Positions 11,860 to 22,365 of a stretch of DNA of 23,316 nt are shown piece by piece. Origin of the DNA: Chiloscyllium plagiosum (lineage: Eukaryota); assembly GCF_004010195.1 (NCBI RefSeq), contig NC_057719.1, positions 54,533,077-54,556,392 on the forward strand. Reading direction: 5' to 3'. A program made the position numbers and the translations under genes. Below the pieces are notes generated by a model that did no database searches, was not told the DNA's origin, and saw only the letters and a list, made by a program, of their open reading frames with translations. The stretch's first letter is position 1, and every line of letters starts with the position of its first letter.

Positions 11860-11973
11860 TTCAGTCCAACCTGTCCATGCCAACCAGATATCCCAACGCA
11901 ATCTAGTCCCACCTGCCAGCACTCAGCCCATATCCCTCCAAACCCTTCCTATTCATATACCCATCCAATGCCT
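11860..11973 (-). mobile_element. Inverted CR1 3'-end segment fused to the preceding fragment
   Basis: Matches 18690-18810 in the same (minus) orientation. 11930-11973 is the reverse complement of 11815-11859. Confidence 0.85.
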
Positions 11974-12398
11974 TGGTAAATTCTCTCTTAGTCACATTGA
12001 GAACAAAATTGGATTTTTGTAGTTGATAAACAGTCAAATGGTATACATGTTCTTTCTGGGTTTGGCTAAAAATGACTATGTTGTCTGATTAAACAACCCA
12101 TAGATACATAGTACTCCAATAACTTTATTAGTTAAGCATTTATCGTGCATTTGTCATTCAAAAAAAGCATGAGTTTGCATTGATCAAATTCACTCCATGT
12201 TCCAAAATTAACAATTCTTTAGCTCAATCTTTTTAGAAAGTCAATGTCTATGATGAATCACATGTCCTATTTGTTTATTACAGATGTCCAATCTAGGAAT
12301 AGAATATGAGTCCATTTTGGTTATTGTATTGACGTTACAATAATCAATACAGAATCTTTGTGACCATCTGTTTCAGCAGAATCATGATAGGTAATCAT

Positions 12399-12648
12399 TA
12401 GATTAGATTACATTACAGTGTGGAAACAGGCCCTTCGGCCCAACATGTCCACACCGACCCGCCGAAGCGCAACCCACCCATACCCCTACATTTACCCCTT
12501 ACCTAACACTATGGGTAATTTAGCATGGCCAATTCATCTGACCTGCACATCTTTGGACTGTGGGAGGAAACCGGAACACCTGGAGGAAACCCACGCAGAC
12601 ACGGGGAGAATGTGCAAACTCCACACAGTCAGTCGCCTGAGGCGGGAT
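12399..12648 (-). mobile_element. HE1-type V-SINE, 5'-truncated at the B box
   Basis: Reverse complement of the SINE body at ~9187-9444, with (tagat)n tail. Flanked by taatcat at 12392-12398 and 12651-12657 (probable TSD). Confidence 0.9.
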
Positions 12649-12807
12649 AATAATCATCAGTGATAATAATTTGGTTCAATAATGTCTGTGACCATCATAA
12701 ATTTAGACTCTTTCCTCACTTGAGCTAATCTCTCTGGATATAATCTGTAAGAATTTTGTTGTCTTTTTTTTAGTACAGCATTCCCATTAGCATCATAAAC
12801 AGCCAAA

Positions 12808-12943
12808 TCCTTCATCAGGTGGTTGATGAAGGAGCAGCACTCCAAAAGCTAGTGCTTCCAATTAAATCTGTTGGACCTTAACCTGGTGTTGTGTGATTTT
12901 TAATTTTGTACACTCCAGTCCAACACCAGCATCTCCAAATTAT
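12808..12943 (+). mobile_element. Short PLE pseudo-LTR unit with decayed hammerhead and 5' inverted duplication
   Basis: ttgatga a ggagc agc actcc aaa agct a gtg (C3>T, G12>A). tccttcatca (12808-12817) is the exact reverse complement of tgatgaagga (12824-12833). Confidence 0.75.
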
Positions 12944-13593
12944 TCTGATACTCACCTCCACACTATCCAATCTGTTTGCTTGAGGTCAACTTTTGAATTT
13001 TCAATTTCTGATATATTCTCCAGTTGTTCTGATATTTCTACTTTACTCCATATTTCTTCAGTATATTTTTACCCCGGTTAAAATACCTATTTGACATGTT
13101 AACATGCCACACTCACTGACACTCCTCCTCATGTGGTATTCACCACATAATTTACATAATTGAATTCCTTTTCATTTGATAATGTCCAGCAAACCTCACT
13201 TTTAATAGTTCCCCAGAGACAGGTAACAACACAAACACCTTGTCTCCAGCGAAAAGAATTTTGAATTTTGACCTTTTTATTTGCTGTAGTTTTCATTGTC
13301 TGACAGCACCATTTAAACCAGATCACATGCTCTGATCGATTTCTCTCTGAAATTTGAAACATAGGCTGAAAGTGTAACTCAGAGATTTGGTCTGTCATTT
13401 TTCCTCTAATTAATCACCTCATGCTCATATATTATTTAAAGGGGCCATCTCCTGAGGACTCATTGAGAGCATGGCAAATAATGCAAAAGAATTCCTTTAT
13501 CCCAATCAATGGGTAAAAGCTTGTTGCCCTCTTTCAAATGCACCTTGAGGTTGTGGGTGATAAGCAGAAGATGTGAATTATTTATTCCTAACT

Positions 13594-13716
13594 GTTCACC
13601 TGATGAATGATCAGCGCTCTGAAAGTTTGTGATTTTAAAATCTATTGGACAATAACCTGGTGTTGCGTGACTTCTGGCTTTGTCCACTCCAGTCCAACAT
13701 TGGCATCTGTACATTA
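13594..13716 (+). mobile_element. Short PLE-derived hammerhead-headed unit (related subfamily), decayed
   Basis: cac ctgatga a tgatc agc gctct gaa agtt t gtg (13597-13631), then aacctggtgttgcgtga...ccactccagtccaacattggcatct. Flanked by tcctaact at 13586-13593 and 13717-13724. Confidence 0.75.
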
Positions 13717-13946
13717 TCCTAACTAGGCATCCTAGCTTTAAGTTGTTGTGAAATAAAATTTGTATCTTGATCAGATTGTATTTCTTTGGGTAATCTACAT
13801 CACAAAACAGTGAACTAAAGTTTCCATTATCACCTCTACAGTAATTTCCTATAAAGGCAGTGCTGCAGGAAATCTTGTGGAATCATTCAAGATCACTAAA
13901 AGATATGTATTCCTATTCCTGGTTTTAGAAATGAATCCTATTAAGA

Positions 13947-14331
13947 CCTGGAGCATCAGAGGCTGAGGGGTGACCTTATAAAATCATGAGCGGCGTGGAT
14001 AGGGCAAATAGACAAGGTATTTTGCCTGGGCTGAGGGACTCCAGAATTAGAAGGCATAGGTTTAGGGTGAGATGGGAAAAATTTAAAAGGGACTTAAGAG
14101 GTAACCTTTTCACACAGTTGGTGGTACATGTATGGAATGAGCTGCCAGAGGAAGTTGTGGAGGCTGGTACAATTACAACATTTAAAAGGCATCTGGATGG
14201 AGACATGGATATGAAGGGTTTAGAGGGATATGGGCCGGGTGCTGGCAAGTGAGACGAGATTAGGCTAGGATATCTGGTTGGCATGGATGAGTTGGACCAA
14301 AGGGTTTGTTTCTGTGTTGTACATCTTTATT
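13947..14331 (+). mobile_element. CR1 LINE 3' fragment
   Basis: ORF 13986-14252 (RGNLFTQLVVHVWNELPEEVVEAGTITTFKRHLD) plus 3' UTR ttggaccaaagggtttgtttctgtgttgtacatct. Confidence 0.9.
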
Positions 14332-15740
14332 CAAAAGTTCATTAAAGGCAGATGTTTAAGTGATGTCTGGAATTTCCCTGCTACTTGACATGTGTCATGT
14401 CTAGCAAATTTTGGTCACATATTTATGTAATGCTGGCCAATAAAAATATTTTAATATTGCAGCCTGTGTTTTTCTGAATATGTATATCACCTTCCATGAA
14501 AATCACATGAGCCATTTGTAAGGTTTCATTAGGTTACTCAGCTGGAACGACCAGCTGATGGACCTCTGTCTATTCATTATCTTGTTGTATTTGAGGTGGT
14601 CCTTAGGTCTCCATGATCTCCTTAGTACTCTGTTTTTCAAATAATAACATGCAGGTGTTGTTTGTAATTAAATTTCGGCTAATTCCAAATCCATTTCTGC
14701 ATTTCTCTTAAATAAGATATGCTAAACATATTAGTTGTCACTCCTCACAGGTATGGCACACTGGAAATAAAATCCTGCTAATTCTGGGAGCATCAATGAT
14801 TTGTGAATGGACACAAACTTCCCTATTTACCTGTCAGTTAGACCCAGGTTAACAGAAAACATAGATCAGGTAGAGTCTAACTACTGGTAAGCAATTATGA
14901 ACTGCTGGCATAAAAATCTACTGGTTAAAATTCTAACAACCTTCTCTCCTCAACCACCCCCCACTTCCATCCTTCACCTACCCTCAACACTGACGTACAG
15001 ACAATTTTTTTTTAAAAATGGCGTTATGAACAATGTTCTCTCTGAGCTCCTCTGTACCTCAATTGTTATCGGCAGGCTGATCATGGCATTGACTTCTGGT
15101 TCTGGAAAGTCATTGACACTGATGGACTACTTAATCAGGAAGAAAATTAGATGGAACATTCATGGATAAATAAAATACTGGGCAAGTAATTTAATGGCCC
15201 TGGAGTATAGAGTTTACTGAGATGATCCTTTCACTTGCCAGGTTTATCTGTTCTTTAAACCTTTCTCCAAGTTCATTTCATTTCTTTGAGAAGACACAAA
15301 TGATTGAGACATAACTACAATGTTTCTTAGTTATTCATTAAAGGCCATCGCTTACAGCAACTGCCGAGGGAACTTAAATTGGCTTTCTATAGGTTTTACG
15401 TACTTTACTGGAAAGAAAGACATACAATCTGCCCCTTCAGTAGTCCAAAGGCTTCTGCCTACATTGTGCACACCTACAAGCTGTTCAGCTACAGAGCAGC
15501 CAGTAAAATAGCTGTAAATCTGATAGCCTTTGACATTCACAACTGGTCACAGCTTCACAAACCTTACCAGCTAGTATTTATCTTAACACTATATCCTTTT
15601 AATCACTTATTGTTTTGGCACTGTCTTCTTCTGAGTTAACCAAAAGTGTATGGGTACAATAATGCTCTTCCATATGTTGCCTGATATTGACTCAGTATCA
15701 GGCCAGTGAATCAAATTAACATGTATCTGATTTGTGTCAC

Positions 15741-15808
15741 ACTAGCTACTAGCTAATGACATTAGCTATTAGTTTACTAGTTATTAGCTACTATCAATTA
15801 AGCTATCA
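15741..15808. repeat. Degenerate ~7-bp tandem repeat (YTAGCTA-like)
   Basis: actagct actagct aatgac attagct attagtt tactagtt attagct actatca attaagct. Confidence 0.65.
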
Positions 15809-15989
15809 AGGCAGAAATTCTGGGAATATTGCTGTTGTTCAGACTTCAGGAGTTTGTGACAATGTTTGGTGATCAGCCCCAGTGATTTGCTTAGTGAATG
15901 GACTTAATTTTCTCAATTATAAGTAAGAAATCTGATGTTCAAAATGTGTACAACATTGCAGAAGAGTATAAGTGGAGGGCAAAATTAAA

Positions 15990-16350
15990 AACTTTGATGT
16001 TAGGAAATGCTAAATTAAAATAAGTGAAAATATCTGCAATGTTGTGCAAGCAAAGTTTCACAAATAACATTAAGGGAAAGGACCAGATAACCTGTAAAAC
16101 TGATGTTAATGAAGGAATAAATGTTGGATAGGGTATCAGAAGGAGCTCTGCTTTGACAAATATTGTAGGATCTTTTACACTAAACAGACAGGACAGTCAA
16201 GGTCTCCGTTTAACAACTCAACCAAAAGACATTGCTGTCAGCAGTGTAGCACTGCCTCAGTGCTGCATTGGAATGTCAATCCAGGCTAAGTGTTCATGTC
16301 TTTGGAACCAGGATTGAACTCATAACTTTCTGGTTCAGAGGTCAGCCATT
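15990..16350 (-). mobile_element. Ancient Deu-domain SINE (SacSINE1/AmnSINE1-like), highly diverged
   Basis: Ordered diagnostic blocks recognised from the Deu-SINE reverse consensus: gaccagataa, ataaatgttgg, ggatcttttaca, gtttaac, aaagac, cagtgtagcactgcctcagtgctgcattggaatgtca, and B-box remnant ggattgaactc. Confidence 0.7.
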
Positions 16351-17077
16351 AGCAGGGACTAACAGCTTGTGACAGGATATCGGATATGTTAAATTTGCTA
16401 GTACATTTTGCATGTAGTGTGTTGTGCTGCTTTAGTTTTATTAATGTTGTATTGTTTTAGCAGACATATTTTGCTGCATTTTTTCAACAATACTTAATAC
16501 ATCACAACAAGACCCATCAGGCGAGAATTATTGTATTCAGTGTCATGGTAAAAATAAGAAGAAAATGGAATTCCCAGAACTTGCAGCACTTTATCATTTG
16601 TAGTAGGACTTCTGGGATTTTATAATCAATTTATTACTATCAAGTGCTTTCTTTCAGTCTCATGCAGAACATAAAATGAACAAAAGAGAGCTCTTCTAAT
16701 AATAGTGGCATATGATGGAGTCAGTTTAAGAGCAATCATTTTAATAAGGATCCAATCTTTTTTTGTTGACTGAGAGATATGCTGTAAAAACGCTTTATAA
16801 TTGGCTTTCATTGAAACAGCACCGATAAACCTGCAGATAAAAAGGTGTCAATTTTCATCACACTTATTTAATTCTATTGTAAATTTTGAAAAGATGGAAA
16901 GATAAATGATGATATTTGTATTTCACTCCATAATATTATATCTCATTATTTTCTTTCCTGTGGAATTTTAATTTTCTTTAAACTTCCCCCCATGTTTGTA
17001 TTTTTCTATCTCACTTTGTCATTTGAGTAGCCTTACCATAGTTGCATTAAAATTGAATTATGAAAAGACAACACGTT

Positions 17078-18090
17078 TAACAGTACAGAAGGAGGCCATT
17101 TGACCCATTGTGTTCATGTCAGGCAAAAAAGGACTATCTAGTCTAATCGCAGCTTCCAGCTCTTTATTCATAATACATAGTCTGACAACACTTCAAGTGT
17201 ATATCCAAGTGATTCTTTTTAATGTAATGTTGAGTCTATCAGCTCTACTTTTCAGTGGGGTGAGTTTCAAATTTGGGATGGGGAGGAGAAGAGTAACCTC
17301 AAATTCCTTCCGTTCTGTTTACGAAATACTTTAAATCTACATATCTATGTTATTAACGTATCTGCTCAACAAAATACATCCTCCTTTCATCTCTATCTTG
17401 GCCATTACATGCAACTTTATTAGACTTCCCTTTTGTCTTCGCTGTTGTGAATCCAATCCAATCTTTCCTCAGGGCTAAAGTTCCTCACTCCTGAAAATCC
17501 TTGTAAGCCTCTTCCTTACCATTTCCAGGGTGATCACATACTTGATATAATGTGGCAACACCAACTGAATGCAATGTTCTATCAGTAACTAATGATTATA
17601 CAGTCACAGCATAATCTGCCTGCATTTATACTTTGATGTTCGGCTCAGAAAAGAAATAATCCGATCTGCCTCCTTGACTCATTATCTATCCTGATGAAGA
17701 GCTTATGTTAGAAACGTTGACTCTCCTGCTCCTCGGATGCTGCCTGACCGGCTGTGCCTTTCCAGCATCACACTCTTCGACTCTGATCTCGAGAATCTGC
17801 AGTCCTCACTTTCTCCTCATTATGTATATGTCCTGCATCTTTAAGTGCTCAGTAAACATACCTACCAAAGTGACTGTCGCCTTCAGCACTTCTCACAATC
17901 ATGCAACTTACATATATCTAACAGTTGATCCAAAACGTATTATCCCATTCTTTCCTGGAGTGGATTTAACTTACCACTTTTCTGCCTAAGTGATTTGTTG
18001 ATATCACACTATAGGCTTTCTTCCTCATTATCGACTATATTGACAATTTTTATATCATTCATAAACTTCATAATTATTACCCCAAGGCAC
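17078..18090 (-). mobile_element. Old, highly diverged CR1-type LINE 3' portion, interrupted by the element at 17690-17815
   Basis: 3' signature cagtacagaaggaggccatttgacccat. Decayed ORF2 blocks (aatccttgtaagcctcttc, accaactgaatgcaatgttc, accacttttctgcc, tatatcattcataaactt) occur in the same order as in the young CR1 at 19080-19570. Confidence 0.65.
17690..17815 (+). mobile_element. Short hammerhead-headed element, second family (probably PLE-derived)
   Basis: atc ctgatga a gagc ttat gtta gaa acgt t gac: core CUGAUGA/GAA and ACGU palindrome with a decayed stem II. Followed by ctcggatgctgcctgacc.gctgtgc.tttccagca...atctgcagtcctcactttctc. Flanked by ctcattatctat (17678-17689) and ctcattatgtat (17816-17827). 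Confidence 0.75.
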
Positions 18091-18113
18091 TTAACAGGAA
18101 TCAGGGAAAAACT

Positions 18114-18654
18114 CATGCTTGCCTTCTTTGTTCAGTCCTTTGAGTATAGGAGTTGGGACATAATGTTGAGGTTATACAGGACTTTGGTGAGGCCTCTTTC
18201 TAAATACTGTGTCCAGTTCTGGTCACCCAGTTACAGGTAGGATAGTATTAAGGTGGCGAGGGTTCGGAAAGGATTTAGCAGGATGTTGCCAGGTCTGAGT
18301 CATTAAAGAAAGGTTGGATAAGCTGGGACTTCTTTCACTTGAGTGTTGGAGGTTGAGTGACGACCTGATATAAGATTATAAGATAATGAGTGGTATATAT
18401 AGAATTAACATTAGTTCTGTTTTCCCAAGGCAGGGGGATTTCAAGACTAGGGGGCATATTTTAAACTGAGTGGAGAGAGATTTAAAATAGACATGGGGGC
18501 AAATTTTTTACATGGAGGGTCATTTGCGTGCGAAATAACCTTTCTGAGGAAGTGGTGGATGTGGGTATAATTACAATGTTTAAAAGACATTTGGATAAGT
18601 ATATGAATAGGAAAGATTTGGAGAGATATGGACCTGGAGCAGACATGTAGGACG
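18114..18654 (+). mobile_element. Diverged CR1 ORF2 3' fragment
   Basis: Translates as MLAFFVQSFEYRSWDIMLRLYRTLVRPLSKYCVQFWSPSY. It ends just before the 3' UTR, where the young element begins. Confidence 0.85.
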
Positions 18655-18732
18655 AGAGTCATAGAGATGTACAGCATGGAAACAGAAACTTCTGTCCAAC
18701 CCGTCCATGCCGACCAGGTATCCCAACCCAAT

Positions 18733-21331
18733 CTAGTTCCACCTGCCAGTACCCAGCCCATATCCCCCCAAACCCTTCCTATTCGTATACCCATCCAAAC
18801 AAATTTTAAATGTTGGAATTGTACCAGACTCCACCATTTCCTTTGGCAACTCATTTCGTACACGTACCAACCTCTGCGTGAAAATGTTGCCACTTAGATC
18901 TCTTTTATATCTTTCCCCTCTCATCCTAAACCTATGCCCTCTAGTCCTGGACTCCATGACCCCTATTTGCCCTATCCATATCCCTCAAAATAATGTAAAC
19001 TTTTATAAGGTCACCCTTCAGCCTCCAACGCTCCAGGGAAAACAGCCCCAGCCTGTTCAGCCTCTCCCTATAACTCAGATCCTCCAACCCTGGCAACATC
19101 CTTGCAAATCTTTTCTGAACCCTTTCAAGTTTCACAACATCTTTCTGATAGGAAGGAGACCAGAATTGCATGCAATATTCCAACAGTGGCCGAAACAATG
19201 TTCTGTACAGCTGCAACCTGACCTCCCAACTCCTGTACTCAATACTCTGACCAATAAAGGAGAGCATACTAAACGCCTTCTCCACTATCCCATCTACCTG
19301 CGATTCCACTTTCAAGGAGCTATGAACCTGCAGTCCAAGGTCTCTTTGTTCAGCAACACTCCCTAGGAGCTTACCATTAAGTGTATAAGTCCTGCTAAGA
19401 TTTGCTTTCCCAAAATGCAGCACCTCGCATTTATCTGAATTAAACTCCATCTGCCACTTCTCAGCCCATTAGCCCATCTGGTCCAGATCCTGTTGTAATC
19501 TGAGGTAACCCTCTTCGCTGTCCACTACACCTCCAATTTTGGTGTCATCTGCAAACTTACTAACTGTACCTCTCATGCTCGCATCCAAATCATTTATGTA
19601 AAAGACAAAANNNNNNNNNNNNNNNNNNNNNNNNNNNNNNNNNNNNNNNNNNNNNNNNNNNNNNNNNNNNNNNNNNNNNNNNNNNNNNNNNNNNNNNNNN
19701 NNNNNNNNNNNNNNNNNNNNNNNNNNNNNNNNNNNNNNNNNNNNNNNNNNNNNNNNNNNNNNNNNNNNNNNNNNNNNNNNNNNNNNNNNNNNNNNNNNNN
19801 NNNNNNNNNNNNNNNNNNNNNNNNNNNNNNNNNNNNNNNNNNNNNNNNNNNNNNNNNNNNNNNNNNNNNNNNNNNNNNNNNNNNNNNNNNNNNNNNNNNN
19901 NNNNNNNNNNNCCAGCACCTCACCTGTGACTATCGATGATACAAATATCTCAGCAAGAGGCCCAGCAATCACTTCTCTGGCTTCCCACAGAGTTCTAGGG
20001 TATACCTGATCAGGTCCTGGGGATTTATCCACCTTTAACCGTTTCAAGACATCCAGCACTTCCTCCTCTGTAATCTGGACATTTTGCAAGATGTCACCAT
20101 CTATTTTCCTACAGTCTATATCTTCCATATCCTTTTCCACAGTAAATACTGATGCAAAATACTCATTTAGTATCTCCCCCATTTTCTGCAGCTCCCCACA
20201 AGGGCCGCCTTGCTGACTTTTGAGGGGCCCTATTCTCTCCCTAGTTACTCTTTTGTCCTTAATATATTTGTAAAAACCCTTTGGATTCTCCTTAACTCTA
20301 TTTGCCAACGCTATTTAATGTTTCCTTTTTGCCCTCCTGATTTCCCTCTTGTGTACTCCTAATTCCTTTATACTCTAAGGATTCACTGGTTCTATCCTGT
20401 CAATACCTTACATATGCTTCCTTCTTTTTCTTAACAAAACCCTCCATTTCTGTAGTCATCTAGCACTCTCTATACCTACCAGCTTTCCCTTTCACCCTGA
20501 CAGGAATATACTTTCTCTGGATTCTCGGTACCTCATTTCTGAAGGCTTCCCATTTTCCAGCTGTCCCTTTACCTGCGAACATCTGCCTCCAATCAGCTTT
20601 CGAATGTTCTTGCCTAATACTGTCAAAGTTGGCCTTTTTCCAATTTAGAACTTCAACTTTTTGCTCTGGTCTATCCTTTTCCATCACTATTTTAAATCTA
20701 ATAGATTTATGGTCGCTGACCCCAAAGTGGTACCCCACTGACACCTCAGTCACCTGCCCTGCCTTATTTCTCAAGAATAGGTCAGGTTTTGCACCTTCTC
20801 TAGTAGGTACATCCACATACTGAATCAGAAAATTGTCTTGCACACACTTAACAAATTCCTCTCCAACTAAATCCTTAATACTATGGCAGTCCCATTCGAT
20901 GTTTGGAAAGTTAAAATCCCCTACCATAACCACCATATTATTCTTACAGATAGCTGGGATCTCCTTACAAGTTTGTTTCTCAATTTCCCTCTGACTACTG
21001 GGGGGTCTATAATACAATCCCAATAAGGTGATCATCCCTTTCTTATTTCTCAGTTCCACCCAAATAACTTCCCTTGATGTATTTCCAGGAATATGCTCCC
21101 TCAGCACAGCTGTAATGATATCCCTTATCAAAAATGCCATCCACCTCCTCTCTTGCCTCCCCTTCCATCCTTCCTGTAGCATTTGTATCTTGGAACTTTA
21201 AGCTGCCAGTCCTGCCCATCCCTGAGCCATGTTTCCGTAATTGCTATGATATCCCAGTCCCATGTTCCTAACCATGCCCTGAGTTCATCTGCCTTCCCTG
21301 TTAGGCCCCTTGCATTGAAATAAATGCAGTT
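18733..21331 (-). pseudogene. CR1 ORF2 remnant: AP endonuclease + reverse transcriptase
   Basis: APE motifs CIYFNARG, IIAITETWL, LYYRPP, VGDFNFP and SDH. RT region KSPGPD, YINDLD, KFADDTK. Broken into at least five ORF pieces (e.g. stop at 19469-19471), with part of the RT hidden in the N gap. Confidence 0.92.
19611..19911. other. Assembly gap (301 N)
   Basis: Run of N within the CR1 RT domain. Confidence 0.99.
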
Positions 21332-21399
21332 TCCTGCCCTGACTGTTTGATTCACTTCTGTTCTCAACTGTACCCGTCTCAAATCGATCTCTTTCCTCA

Positions 21400-22365
21400 C
21401 TATCTCCCTGGATCTCACCCCCTCCACCTTACTAGTTTAAATTCTTCCGAGAAGCTCCAGCAAATTTCCCTGCCAGTCTATTAGTCCCCTTCCAATTTAG
21501 GTGCAATCTGTCTTTCTTGTACAGGTCACTTCTACCCCAGAAGAGATTCCAATAATCCAAAAATGTGAATCCTTCTCCCATACACCAGCTCCTCAGCTAT
21601 GCATTCATCTGCTCTATCCTCCTATTCCTGCCCTCACTAGCTCGTAGCACTGGGAGTGATCCAGATATTACAACTCTTGAGGACATCCTTTTTAAATTTC
21701 TGCCTAACTCTCTGTAATCTCCCATTCAGAATCTCAACCTTTTCCCTTCCTATGTCGTTGGTTCCAATGTGGACAATGACCTCTTGCTGGTCCCTCTCCC
21801 CGGTGAGAATATTCTGCACCCTCTGAGACATCCTTGATCCTGGCACCAGGGAAGCAACACACCATTCTGTTTTTTTCGCTGCTAGTCACAGAAACGTCTG
21901 TCTGTACCTCTGACTAGAGAATCCCCTAACACAATTGATCTCTTGGAACCCGCCATACCCCTCATTGCATTAGAGCCAGCCTTAATACCAGAAACATGAC
22001 TGTTTGTGCTACATTCCCCTGAGAATCCATCCCCCCTACATTTTCCAAAACAGCATACCTGTTTGAAATGGGTATATCCACAAAAGACTCCTGCACTAGC
22101 TGCCTACCTCTCTTACCTTTCTTGGAGTTAACCCACCTATGTGACTGTATCTGAGACTTTCCCCCCTTCATATAACTGCCATCCATCACATTCTGTTGCT
22201 GTTGCAAATTCCTCATTGCTTCTTACTGTCTCTCCAATGATCCATTCGATCTGATAAGATTCGCAGCCTACAGCATTTATGGTACATATAATCTGCAGTC
22301 ACCCTTAAACTCTCTTTAAACTCCCACATCCAACAAGAAGTACATATCATTCTATTAAAGGCCAC
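21400..22365 (-). pseudogene. CR1 ORF1 remnant: N-terminal CxxC zinc-binding region + SGNH/GDSL esterase domain
   Basis: ICTSCWMW...HKCCRL; block I IVLGDSLVRGTDRRF (~21890-21935); block III VIVHIGTNDIG; block V LYKKDRLHLNWKG (~21487-21525). Frameshifted. Boundaries are approximate. Confidence 0.85.

Noticed and set aside
11398..11922. Long antisense ORFs over CR1 sequence (also 18878-19366, 13976-14284, 18447-18893)
   Set aside because: Shadow frames of CR1 ORF2 and 3' UTR.
13129..13398. 89-aa minus-strand ORF
   Set aside because: No homology or coding features I can recognise.
15320..15639. Three overlapping short ORFs near a tttctatag acceptor-like site
   Set aside because: No recognisable domain or matching donor; consistent with chance.
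16626..16850. Good-looking minus-strand acceptor (ttttatctgcag) followed by an open frame
   Set aside because: The peptide is unrecognised, and the motif alone is common in AT-rich DNA.
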